Assembly (NCBI GenBank): GCA_051453625.1
Contig: JBOZIK010000001.1
Location: 38,699,993-38,737,539 of the forward strand
From: Welwitschia mirabilis
Lineage: Eukaryota
Direction of reading: 5' to 3'
Length of the DNA stretch: 37,547 bases
The notes under the pieces were generated by a model. That model made no database searches. It worked only from the letters and a program-made list of their open reading frames with translations, and had not been told where the DNA came from. This document shows positions 1-11,159 of the stretch, one piece after another. Each line of letters begins with the position of its first letter. Positions within the stretch are counted from its first letter, which is position 1. Made by a program: the position numbers and the translations under genes.

Positions 1-1532
1 TTCTGTGTTGTTTTCTTTTGTATGCCTGCTGTTCCATTCTTGTTTAAGTACTTTCTTGTTGTTCGATTTGTAACATAAAGAACCGCTAAGAGAAATAGGA
101 TTCATAGGCCCACAAACATCTGAATAAACTAATTCCAATTTGTTTTTCTTTCAGTTATCTAAGTCCCTACGAAAATTAACTCTTCTAGACTTTCCAACTA
201 AACAGTCTCTACAAAAATCTGTAGGAGTATGTGAAAATGCAGGAATAAGAGATTGGGACTGCAATACCTTTAAACCAAAGTTGCCAATATGCCCAAGATG
301 TCTATGCCAAACATCAACGTCCTCTATATCTGAAACTGCAGCAACTACACCACAAGCATTTGCTTCTAATGTGTACATGCTACCCTCCTTTTTGCCCCCG
401 CAAAATCGTCATAATCCCTTTAGTAATTCTCCAACAGCCTCCACCACTTAAAAAATTCAAGCCTAGATCATCCAACTGTGTGACGAACATGCCGAACATT
501 ATTGATGGTAACTTTCGACATCCCTGCTTGTTGCAAAACAATGCTGCCTATTCCAGCAACTGTCAATGGTTTCCCATTGGCATCATACACAACACCAGAC
601 GAAACAGCACAATATGATGTAAAGACAGGAGGATCAGGGTGAATATGAAAGGAGGCACCTGTATCAATGAATCACACATCCTTACCATGTTCCTCTGTCA
701 AGAAGGCACAAGTTTCAGATATGAGGAAACTAACATCTTCTTCAATTCGATTCACATGAGAAGAGGACTCTTCTGTTTTTCCCCTTTCGGTCTTCTCCCT
801 TTGTTTTGCTTTTCATGCATAGTAGTCTTTTTGTTTGTGGGCCTTTTTCTTGCAAAACCAGCATTTCATACTCCGAGTACGAGACACGCCTCTGCTCTTA
901 TATCTCTTCCTGCTATGGTCATGTTTTTGGTTCCTCCCTTTGTTTTCAGCCACAAAGGCACCTTCAGATGTCAACGCTTCATTCAACCTGCCCTCAGAAT
1001 CTTGAAGTGCAGAAGCAACTTGTTGAAGGTCATAAAAGTAATATTCATGGACGTAGTGATTGAAGTCACAACTACAGACCATGAATCTCGTAGGGAATCC
1101 AAAAGAGCATAAGATTTCACCAAATCCGGAATAACAATTTTGTACCCCTCTAACTTAACTAGATTACCCATTATTTCATCTAGGTGATCTTGAAAACGGA
1201 CATCATGTCTTTCCTTCGCTTTGAAAACCTTGTGATAAATGTGAAAATATTTAAACTAGAAGCTTTATCAAACCTTTTGTCAAAGTCTGCTAGAGATCAT
1301 GAGGCTCCATGCCGTATTTGATAGATTGCAGAATGCCATTACTTAGGCATGGATGGATGTAGGATAAAGCCTTAGACTTCATCTTTGTCTAGTAATCATC
1401 TTACATAGAAGTAGGTTTTGTTGACTCGAGGGCTTCAACACAATCCTTCTGGGCCAAGATAGCCCTCATCAGAACATACCAAACATTCTAGTTTTGTCTA
1501 ATGAGCTTGTCTGTTGTCTGCAACCTTTCCAT
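1..1532 (-). pseudogene. Decayed Ty1/copia gag-protease-integrase (element 'Copia-1'), running off the left edge
   Basis: The minus strand reads MERLQTTDKLIRQN*NVWYVLMRAILAQKDCVEA from 1532 (copia gag N-terminus). Also seen: a zinc-knuckle remnant KCWFCKKKAHKQKDY (ORF 813..1082), protease FIDTGASFHI near 645-675, GAG-pre-integrase WHRHLGH...CRDCLVGK (ORF 151..378), and LELVYSDVCGP near 105-140. Multiple stops and frameshifts. Confidence 0.9.
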
Positions 1533-1568
1533 TATCAACATGAAAAGAATAGGTGCTTAGGCATAGAA

Positions 1569-1702
1569 TGATGATGGCCTCCAAAAATGCAGCAGAGCAA
1601 AAGCAAAATGCAGACATCAACACACTAGATTTATGTGGAAAACCCCAATGTGGGAAAAACCACAGAAGCAATCTTGCGCTCTCTATTAGAATGAAAAGGG
1701 CA
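1569..1702 (-). mobile_element. U5-side part of the Copia-1 5' LTR, interrupted at ~1702
   Basis: AGATTTATGTGGAAAACCCCAATGTGGGAAAAACCAC closely matches the reverse complement of the LTR at 26546-26590 and the LTR at 18660-18700. It lies just upstream of the gag ATG. No clean PBS is recognisable and the exact terminus is uncertain. Confidence 0.7.
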
Positions 1703-2531
1703 AGGACATCAGAAGGGGTCGACCGAACCTGGATAAAGGCGGTCAACCGGACATCAAAAGGGGTCGACCTGGTCAAGAGACGTGAGTCACTCGTGTCGAC
1801 CCGAGGAGAAATGGGCTAACTGGGTTAAGTGACGGTAATTAGTTGGGTCGACCGAATGTTTCGAGGGGTCGACCGGTTGGAGCGGAAGCGAAACTTTTTA
1901 GACCATTTCTCTAGATGTTACTTTGCACTTTCTTTAGTCATTATCATGTCAGAAGCTTTTAAAGATGTACTAAATCTGTCTTCTATATAAAGAAATGGAT
2001 AGGAACCTTTTGACCACCACTCTTTGCTGAAAAAGGACATTTGTACTATTGATATCTTTCTAGACACACATCTGCACTGCAAGATGTTGTACTTGGCAAT
2101 CATTGCTCCAAGCAGTGTATCTCATCATTCTTGTATCTTAGAGCAGGTGAGCTAGTGCACTTAGGCACATTTCCATCACCTAAGGCAATGCTCTGTAAAG
2201 GTTGTGACTGAGCCTTGAAAATTCCATTTATAAAGGTTATAGGTTGACCTAGAAACCTAAAAGAAATGCAACGAAGATCTAGGTCAACTTAGGGTTGAAG
2301 CTGACAGCCGAGAGTGGAGTAGGGGTGTTTCCCAAACCACTATAACCGCTTGTTTGGTGCACAATTTCTATTTTTCGTTACTATTATTTCCTTCTGATAG
2401 AACTCATTAAATTCATTTAGCTGTTCTTCTCTTTTTGTTTAAAATTGTTGTTATATGTGTTTGTATAATTTTTAAGGGAAATATTTAGTAAAAACCTATT
2501 CACCCCCCTTCTAGGGTTTATAGATCTTTCA
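1703..2531 (+). mobile_element. Sirevirus (SIRE/Maximus) 5' LTR, truncated at its 5' end
   Basis: Aligns with about 11.85-12.68 kb (roughly 11% mismatch in one ~190-bp stretch counted by eye). Has GGTCGACC palindromic repeats, the C-rich U5 motif CCTATTCACCCCCCTTCTAG, and a terminal CA at 2531 followed by a PBS. Confidence 0.9.
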
Positions 2532-2533
2532 TT

Positions 2534-2545
2534 TGGTATTAGAGC
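2534..2545 (+). promoter_or_regulatory. Primer binding site (tRNA-iMet type) of the Sirevirus
   Basis: TGGTATTAGAGC, one mismatch from the canonical TGGTATCAGAGC, 2 nt after the LTR end. Confidence 0.9.
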
Positions 2546-2595
2546 AGGTTGAGTCAGTAACAGATTCTAACACGTTTTGACTCTTAACCCTAGTC

Positions 2596-3378
2596 ATGAG
2601 TAACCCCTCAGATGGATTCTCTACTGGAAAGCCACCGTCGTTTGATGGAACTAACTATGCTTATTGGAAGGCTAGAATGAGAATATTCCTCAGGTCTCTG
2701 GATGTTGATATAAAAGAGGTAGTCTACAATGGATATGTTTCCCCTACAATAACCAAAAAGGATAGTGGTGGAAATTCCAAATCCATGTTGAAGCCAAAAG
2801 ACCAATGGACACCCATTGATAAAGCAAATGCTACTATGGATGCCCATGCTCTTAATACTGTTTTTTGTGCTATGTGTGTAAAAGAATTCAAGAGAATAGT
2901 AAATTGCAAAACTGCCAAAGAAGCATGGGATATTCTTGAAATAGCTCATGAGAGGACTTCCACGGTAAAGCAAGCAAACCTTTGGATGTTGATTACTAGG
3001 TTCGAAGATATTCAGATGGATAAGGAAGAAGCTCTCCTGGAGTTCTTTGCCAAATTGACAGACATAGTGAACTTAATGGCCAGTCTAGGAGAAAAGATGG
3101 ATGAAGCAAGAGTAGTAAGAAAAGTATTAAGATCTCTCCCCAAGCGTTTTGAGCCAAAGGTAACTCCCATTGAAGAAAGTAAGAATATCAACTGAGTGGC
3201 CCTGGATGAATTATAAGGTAAGCTTTAAACTTATGAGTTAAAATTTCCCAAAGATAAGAAAAAGAGTCTTGTTTTAAAACATGTGCAAGATGAAGCGGAA
3301 TATGAGAGATCGGATGATGACCTTGATGAGGATGAAGTAGCACTAGTGGTGAGAAGGTTCAAAAAAATTGAAACAAGC
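2596..3378 (+). pseudogene. Sirevirus gag, copy 1 (stop at 3195; ends at the N-gap)
   Basis: MSNPSDGFSTGKPPSFDGTNYAYWKARMRIFL...AKEAWDILE...VRKVLRSLPKRF is a SIRE-type gag. It continues through in-frame stops to the gap. Confidence 0.9.
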
Positions 3379-3478
3379 NNNNNNNNNNNNNNNNNNNNNN
3401 NNNNNNNNNNNNNNNNNNNNNNNNNNNNNNNNNNNNNNNNNNNNNNNNNNNNNNNNNNNNNNNNNNNNNNNNNNNNNN

Positions 3479-3663
3479 CTCTTTATATAGATTTTCTTTT
3501 AGGGTAGAAACCCTAACCCTAACTTCTAGAACTTTCTAGTGACCCCATTAGACTTCCCTTCTCCCTTTAACATTAAATTACAACAAGAAGGGGACTATAT
3601 AAAAATGTTTGAAGTCAAACTATAAATGAATAAATAACATCAAGAGATTTGGCTTCACTTACA
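3479..3663 (-). mobile_element. U3-side end of a short copia LTR, probably the rest of the Copia-1 5' LTR
   Basis: The reverse complement begins TGTAAGTGAAGCCAAAT, sharing TAAGTGAAGCCAAAT with the LTR start at 25476. Has a TATA-like TTTATATAG and AAACCCTAA. It directly abuts Sirevirus gag at 3664. Confidence 0.7.
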
Positions 3664-6600
3664 ATAACCAAAAAGGATAGTAATGGAAGTTCCAAAACCA
3701 TTTTGAAACGAAAAGACCAATGGAGACCTATTGATAAAGTGAATGTTACTTTGGATGCTTGTGCTCTTAATGCCATTTTCTGTGTTGTGGGTGCAGAAGA
3801 ATTCAAGAGAATAGTGAATTGCGATTTGGATATTCTTGAAATAGCTCATGAGGGGACTTCCATGGTAAATCAAGCAAAACTCCAGATGCTGATCACCAAG
3901 TTCAAAGATATTCGGATGGAGGAGGAAGAAACTCTCTAGGAGTTCTTTGACAAACTGACAGACATAGTGAACTCAGTGGCTGGTTGAGGAGAAAAGATGG
4001 ATGAAGTAAGAGTGGTAAGAAAATTATTAAGATCTCTCCCCAAGCGTTTTGAGCTAAAAGTAACTGCCATTGAAAAAAGTAAGAATATCAACCGAATGGC
4101 CCTAAATGAAATACAAGGTAATCTTCAAACTTATGAGTTAAAATTTCCCAAAGATAAGAAGAAGAGTCTGTCTTTAAAAAGTGTGCAGGATGAAGTGAAA
4201 TATGAGAGATCGGATGATGACCTTAATGAGGAAGAAGTAGCACTATTGGTGAGAAGGTTCAAAAAATTCTTGTATAGGAAAAGAAGAGATGGAGAAACAA
4301 GCAAAGGGACTAGAAGGGGTCAATCAAAACTGAGAAGAGATCAAGAGAAAATGGAGGACATTTAGTGCTACATGTGTGAAGGGTATGGACATGTGGCTAA
4401 TGAATGTCCAAATAATAAGAAGGATCAGAGAAGATCTAAAAGACCATCTCTTATTACAACTTGGGATAACTTGGAAGACGAAGAAGACAACAGTTCCAGT
4501 CAAGAGTAAGAAGGAGATAGAAGACTCTCTTTCATGGTAATAACCTCAACCTTAAATGAAACTCCTTGTCTAGACATCATAGAGGAAGGGGAAGAAGATT
4601 TAGAAGATACTTGTCAAGAATTGTACACAGACTGTGAGAAGCCAGCCAAATGAATAAATGAACTGAACAAAATAGTGGAGCCTCTATACAAAGAAAAGGA
4701 AGCTTTGGAGCTCAACTGCAAGAAAATCCAAATGGAGAACAAAGGTTTGCTTCAAGAGGTAAAAAAGTTTGTTTCATTTTGTAAATAAATTTTCTAATAG
4801 CTCTAGCAAATTGGAATATAGACGTTAGGAATAGGAAAGTCAATTCATGATAAAAGAGATATTGGATTTTCTTCCTCAAAAACCATCCACTTCCTCTAAT
4901 GAGGTAAATTGGCCAAATAACAATTTGATTTCAAAGATTACCTGTCATTTTTTTTGGTAAATCATGTCACTCTAACTTGTTTTGTAATTTCAGAAAGTGT
5001 GCTTTTTTCAAGTAGCACTAATAAATTTTCCTTTAAATTTAATCCTAAATTTTCATTACCATAACAGTCCAAAGAGACTAAGTGGGTAAAGGCTGACAAT
5101 TTGGAAAGTTTATTGATTCAAATAGCTTTCAAGGCAAGTAGTGAACTTGTTGGTACTTGGATAGTAGTTGCTCTCACCATATGACGAGTGACAAGTCAAG
5201 ATTCCAATGTCTAGATGATTTTGATGGGGAAGAGGTGACCTTTGGTAGCAATGGAAAGGCAAAAATTGAAGGCATATGAAGCATTGGTAGAGGTAACATG
5301 CCTAAAATCAATGAAGTTTTATAGGTAAATGGTCTTAAACATAATTTGCTTAGTATTAGTCAAATTTGTGATGAAGGACATAGAGTTATTTTTGATAGTC
5401 AAAAGTGTGAAGTTAGACATGGTAGAACAGATAAGATTCTTCTCAAAGCAAATAGGATAGATGATGTTTACAGGATTGAACAACCCTCTTCTATTTGTCA
5501 TTTTCCGCAAGCTAACCAAGAAGAACTATGTTGCCAACGTTTAGTACACGTGAATTATGATCAACTTAAAACTCTCATAAAAAAGGAAATTGTGAAAGGG
5601 ATTCCTAAAATTAATGTTGGTAAACATGGTTTGTGTGATGCTTGTCAAAAGGGAAAACAAATTAGAGCCTCTCATAAGAGCAAAACTTAGTCTTTACATC
5701 TATGCCTCTCGAACTTGTTCATATGGACTTGGTAGGTCCTCCTCAAACCAAGTGCCTAGTGGGAAAGCGATATTTTCTGGCTATGATTGATGACTACTCG
5801 AGATTTACTTGGATTGCCTTCTTAGGAAACAAAGCAAAAACATTCAAGAGATTTGTTGAGATATGCAATCAAATTCAAAACGAAAAAGGGTATTGTATTA
5901 AACGTATTATAAGTGATCATGAAGGCGAATTTGAAAACCATTATTTTGGAAAGTATTGTGTCGACAATGGGATTGAGCGTGAGTTTTTAGTACCAAAAAG
6001 ACCATAACAAAATGGTATACCTGAAAGGAAAAATAGAGTTCCCCAAGAGATGGCAAGAACAATGCTCAACGATAAGGAATTTCCAAGATTTTTTTAGGCT
6101 GAAGCTGTGAGTATTGCATGGTACATCATCAACAGAGTGTATCTTTGATGAAGCATGGATAAGACTCCCTATGAGCTTTTTAAAAGGAAGTAAACCAAAT
6201 GTATCTTACTTTAAAGTTTTTGGAAGTAAATGTTTCATTTGAAGGATAGAGAAAGCTTGAGTAAATTTGAATCTAATGTAGACAAAGCAAATTTTCTTAG
6301 ATATTCCACTAGAAGTAGAGCCAATAGAGTTTTCAACAAACGAAGCCTATCAGAAGAAGAATCTATAAATGTGCAAATTGATGACACTAGTCTTAANNNN
6401 NNNNNNNNNNNNNNNNNNNNNNNNNNNNNNNNNNNNNNNNNNNNNNGCAAAACATATTCAAGAATCAAAGGCCCATCCTCTTGAATTAGTCATTGGAGAT
6501 GTGAATTCAAGGGTGCACAGTAGACACTTCATTAAAAATTTTTGTGCTATGTGTGTTATGTGTCTCAGGTTGAACTCAAGAACTATGAGGAGGCTGAAAC

Positions 6601-6919
6601 TTATGAAGAATGGATGGTTGCAATGCAAGAGGAATTACTGTAATTTAAAAGAAATGATGTTTGGAAGCTAGTTGAAAGACCTAATGATCGAAATGTGATT
6701 GGAACAAAGTGGATCTTTAAAAACAAAAGTGATAAGCACAACAATGTGATCAAGAACAAGGCAAGACTAGTGGCTCAAAGGTACAATTAGATTGAAGGAA
6801 TCGATGTAGGAGATACTTTTGCTCTAGTGGCCAGGTTAGATAGTATTAGAATGTTTCTTTCATTTGCAGCTCTTAAAAATTTTAAAGTCTTTCAAATGGA
6901 TATAAAAAGCACTTTCTTA
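3664..6919 (+). pseudogene. Sirevirus gag (copy 2), protease, integrase and start of RT, all disrupted
   Basis: Gag paralogous to 2749-3378. Zinc knuckle CYMCEGYGHVANEC (~4367-4408), protease WYLDSSCSHHMT (~5152-5187), integrase LELVHMDLVGP...IDDYSRFTW (ORF 5702..6007), RT IGTKWIFKNK and FQMDIKSTFL. Confidence 0.9.
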
Positions 6920-7080
6920 NNNNNNNNNNNNNNNNNNNNNNNNNNNNNNNNNNNNNNNNNNNNNNNNNNNNNNNNNNNNNNNNNNNNNNNNNNNNNNNNN
7001 NNNNNNNNNNNNNNNNNNNTATTAAACAAACCTCTTCTGTTTGTCATTTTTTGCAAGTTAACCAAGAAGAACTATGGCAG

Positions 7081-7162
7081 CAATGCTTAGGACATGTAAA
7101 CTATGATCAACTTAAAACTCTCAATGCTTAGGACATGTAAACTATGATCAACTTAAAACTCT
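7081..7162 (+). repeat. Perfect 41-bp tandem duplication in the integrase N-terminal region
   Basis: CAATGCTTAGGACATGTAAACTATGATCAACTTAAAACTCT x2. The paralog near 5536-5577 has a single copy. Confidence 0.95.
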
Positions 7163-9392
7163 CATTAAAAAGGACATTGTGAGAGGGATTCCTAAAATTA
7201 GTGTTGATAAACATGGTTTGTGTTATGCTTGTCAAAAGAGAAAACAAATTAGAACCTCTTATAAGAGCAAAAACTTAGTCTCCACATCTATGCCTCTCGA
7301 ACTCATTCATATGGATTTGGTAGGTCCTTCTCAAACTACAAGCTTAGCGGGAAAGCGATATGTTTCGCCAATGATTGATGACTACTCTAGATTATCTTGG
7401 ATTGCCTTCTTAGGAAACAAAATAGAGACATTCAAAATATTTGTTGAAATGTGCAATCAAATTAACAACGAAAAAGGGTATTCTATTAAATATATCAAAA
7501 GTGATCACCGGGGCGAATTTGAAAATCATTATCTTGAAAAGTATTATGGAGACACCGGGATTGAGCATGAGTTTTCAACACCGAAAACACCACAACAAAA
7601 TGGTATAGTTGAAAGGAAAAACAGAGTTCTCCAAGAGATGGCAACAACAATGCTAAATGATAAGGAAGTTCCAAGAATGTTTTGGGCCGGAGCAGTGAGT
7701 ACCACATGCTACATAATCAATAAGTCTATCTTCGACCATGTATAGATAAGACTCCCTATGAGCTTTGGAAAGGAAGGAGACCAAACGTATCCTACTTTAA
7801 AGTCTTTAAAAGCAAATGTTTCATTTTGAAGGATAGAGAAAACTTGAGTAAATTTGAATCTAAAGTAGATGAAGCAATTTTTCTTGGATATTCCACTAAA
7901 AGTATAGCCTATAGAGTCTTTAATAAACGAAGCTTAGCAGTGGAAGAATCTATAAATGTGCAAATTGATGACGCTAATCTTAAACCACTATCTGTAGGTA
8001 ATAAAGAAATTCCCTTATAGAATTTCACCTAGGGCAAGGTGTATTCAAGAAGGAAGGAAAATGAGGAAAAACAAGAAGCAGATGCAAAACATATTCAAGA
8101 ATTAAAGGACCATCCTCTTGAATCAGTCATTGGAGATGTAAATGCAAGGGTGCGCACACTAGACACTCCTTAAAAGTTTTTGTGTTCATGTGTGTTACAT
8201 GTCACAGGTTGAACCCAAGAACTATGAGGAGGCTGAAACTCATGAAGAAGCGATGATAGCAATGCAAGAGGAATTACTGCAATTTAGAAAAAAATGATGT
8301 TTGGAAGCTAGTTGAAAGACCTAAGGATCGAAATGTGATTGGAACAAAGTGGATCTTTAAAAACAAATGTGATGAACACAATAATGTGATTAAGAACAAG
8401 GCAAGATTAGTGGCTAAAGGGTACAATCAGATCAAAGGAATTGAGGTAGGAGATACCTTTGCTCTAGTGGCCAGGTTAGATAGTATTATGATGTTTGTTT
8501 CATTTACAGCCTTTAAAAATTTTACAGTCTTTTAGATGGATGTAAAAAGCGCTTTCAAATGGTGTTCTTAACGAAAAGGTTTATGTAGAACAACCTAGAG
8601 GCTTTGTGGATCCTTACAAACCAAACCAGGTTTATAGACTTAGGAAAGCTTTATATGGATTGAAACAATTGAAACAAGCCCCTAAGGCTTGGTATGAAAA
8701 GTTAACAACCTTTCTTGAGGATAGTAGTTATAACTGGGGATCGGTAGATCAAACTCTCTTTATGAGGAAATTTGAAAAAGACTTCATCATTATTTAGATA
8801 TATGCTGATGACATAATTTTTGGGGCCTCAAAGGAAGAATGAACAAAAGCATTTGCTAATATCGTGACAAAACACTTTGGGATGAGCATGCTAGGAGAAG
8901 TAAGTATGTTTCTTGGACTGCAAATTAGACAATCCAATCAAGGAATCATCATCTCCCAATCGAAATATTCTAAGGACTTATTGAAATGTTTTGGCCCTAA
9001 GAACACAAAATCCACTAACACTTCTATGTCAACAACGTGTAAGACTAGTCTTGACAATCAAGGAAAACTAATAGACCGAAAACTATATAGGAGTATGATA
9101 GGAAGCTTATTGTATTTAATAGCTAGTAGACCAGATATAATGTTTAGTGTGGCTGTTTGTGCAAGAAACTAGGTGAATCCTAAAGAATCACACCTTCAAG
9201 CTGTAAAAAGAATTACAAGATGCATCTAAGGCACTTGTGATTATGGGCCACGGTGTCCCGAAGGAACATCTTTCAATCTTGCAGGATTTAGTGATGCAGA
9301 TTGGGCTGGATGCAAGGATGATAAAAAAAGCACAAGTGGGAATTGTTTCTTCCTTAGCGCCTGTCTGGTAGGCTGGGCAAGCAAGAAACAAT

Positions 9393-9393
<1 letters not shown>

Positions 9394-9438
<45 letters not shown>

Positions 9439-9447
9439 CCTCTCTCT
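9394..9447 (+). repeat. (CT)n microsatellite inside the RNase H coding region
   Basis: About 27 CT units with one interruption, between codons for SKKQC and STAE. Confidence 0.97.
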
Positions 9448-10175
9448 ACAGCTGAAACAAAATACATAGCAGCAGGAAGCTGTTGCACTCATCTTTTATG
9501 GATGAAGGAGATGTTAAAAAGATTTCGGAGTCAACTATAACTAGGTACCCATCTCTTGTGACAATACTAGTACAATAAACATATAAAAAAATCTTGTTCA
9601 ACACTCTCGTACTAAACATATTGAGCTTGGACACCATTTTCTTAGAGACCAAGTTGAGAAAGGGAATATCACTATGAATTTTGTGAACATTGGTCAACAA
9701 CTTGCTGATATCTTTACAAAACCCCTAAACATTGACAAATTTTTGCATCTTCGACGTGAACTGGGGGTTTTGTTGCCGTTCTTCGACTGAAAGCAGGGCG
9801 GTCAATTGGATTTCCAAACTTGTAGAAGTCGGGTTGACCAGATTTTTACCTGGTTGCCCTGACTTGCCGCAGGCCTAACTTGCCTACCGTTGGGTCGACC
9901 AGACTGAAATCTCGATCGACTCGATTTGGGCAAGCTAGACCCCCATTTCGATGGGTTGATCGGATTTGAACTCAGTTGACTAGATGAGGCGAGAGAAGGG
10001 CGGGCGAAAGGCAATGGACTCGAATTTTTTCTTAAATCTGAGTTAGTTTGCCCCTCTTATAAAAGCTTGTAGTGCCCTATCTTTTTCATTTCTTGTCAGT
10101 TTTCCTCCTGTCTTTCTCATTTCTTGTCTGCTTCCTCCATCTTCCATCTTTCTCAAAAAGAGCCACGTTGAAACA

Positions 10176-11111
10176 ATGGCAGGGGGTCCCTCAAGATGAC
10201 CCAGACAAAAAGTGCTCAATAGCAAATATCCTTTCTATTTGTATCAGGGCATGTTAGAAGAAGACATTGACCATTTTGCTGCCAAGTTCGAGAAGAAGCC
10301 CATTTGCCGAAAGAGAGCTGTTGCTTCACATGAGTTGCGGTAATAAGAGAGGGAGTAAGACTCCTTCATGACCTAGATCTTTCATATTTTCTTGATGTCT
10401 CTGGCACTGCTTATCCCTTGCTCACTAGGTTATTCTATGCTAATGCCATTTATGATGCTGACACCTCCACTCTTTCTACCCTTGTCTTGGGGAAGAGGAT
10501 GAATATTACCCCAAGCTTGATTTCTTCTGTTACAAATCTTCCCAGGGGTGACTATGGAGAGTTCTTGGTGACGCTATGGAAGATAAGGTTGAAGTCACTC
10601 AAGAGCTGTGTGGAAGATATGGGCTCTTGTTGGTCATCGTGATGAGACATCAAACTATAGAGCTTTTCTTTTGTATTTGGTAGGAATCTATAATACCATT
10701 GATGCTCCTACCATTATACTCAAAAAATATGGTCTCTCAACTTGAGTATCACAAGACTAGAGCCCTTCCTTACTCTTTTCTCATTGCAAATATCTGTAGG
10801 CATTTCAAAGTTTAGTTTCGCCCTAAGCTTGAAACCATGATTCCTATGTTATTTATAGGGCATGCCACTCTTTCTAGATGTATATTTTTTCTGAGTCTGC
10901 CTCCAAATCCTTAAAATACCCTTTGCCAAAGAAGGCATCTTCTAATGAAACTCTTTCCCTTTTGAAAAGATTACATTCCCGCACTTGTGATATAAAGGAA
11001 GCTCTTATCGCAGTAGGCTATCAAATTACGGATACTTCAAAAGAAACTAGAAGCTCTCATCATAAAAAGGCAGAAGAAGAAGAAGAGGACTTAGTCAGAA
11101 GAAGAGTCTAA
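10176..11111 (+). pseudogene. Sirevirus extra ORF (env-like/ORF3), decayed
   Basis: Lies between pol and the 3' LTR. ATG at 10176 follows TATAAAA (10058-10064). Contains LTRLFYANAI...LVLGKRMNITPSLISSVTNLP, similar to MACLFYCNAI...KVYSRRVGVDLEAISVVISYP in ORF 36628..37089. Acidic C-terminus. Confidence 0.65.
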
Positions 11112-11159
11112 AGAAGACAAAGAGTCTGGCTAGTTAGTTTATTCGTGTTTCTCTCCTTT

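Larger units (their letters stand above)
7020..9790 (+). pseudogene. Second Sirevirus pol segment: integrase, RT and RNase H, disrupted
   Basis: Integrase LELIHMDLVGP...TPQQNGIVERKNR (ORF 7179..7745). [26 protein letters not shown] and YRSMIGSLLYL. RNase H FSDADWAG...HSRTKHIE...QLADIFTK ending near 9790. Confidence 0.92.

Noticed and set aside
639..1112. 157-aa hydrophobic + strand ORF (and similar antisense ORFs such as 32143..32469 and 33123..33461)
   Set aside because: These are antisense shadows of purine-rich copia gag/pol sequence.
3508..3523. Telomere-like AAACCCTAACCCTAA (single units also at ~18676, ~18811, ~26561)
   Set aside because: Only one or two units, inside copia LTRs. Not an interstitial telomeric array.
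9241..9492. Minus-strand ORF with a poly-RE tract
   Set aside because: It is the antisense translation of the (CT)n microsatellite.
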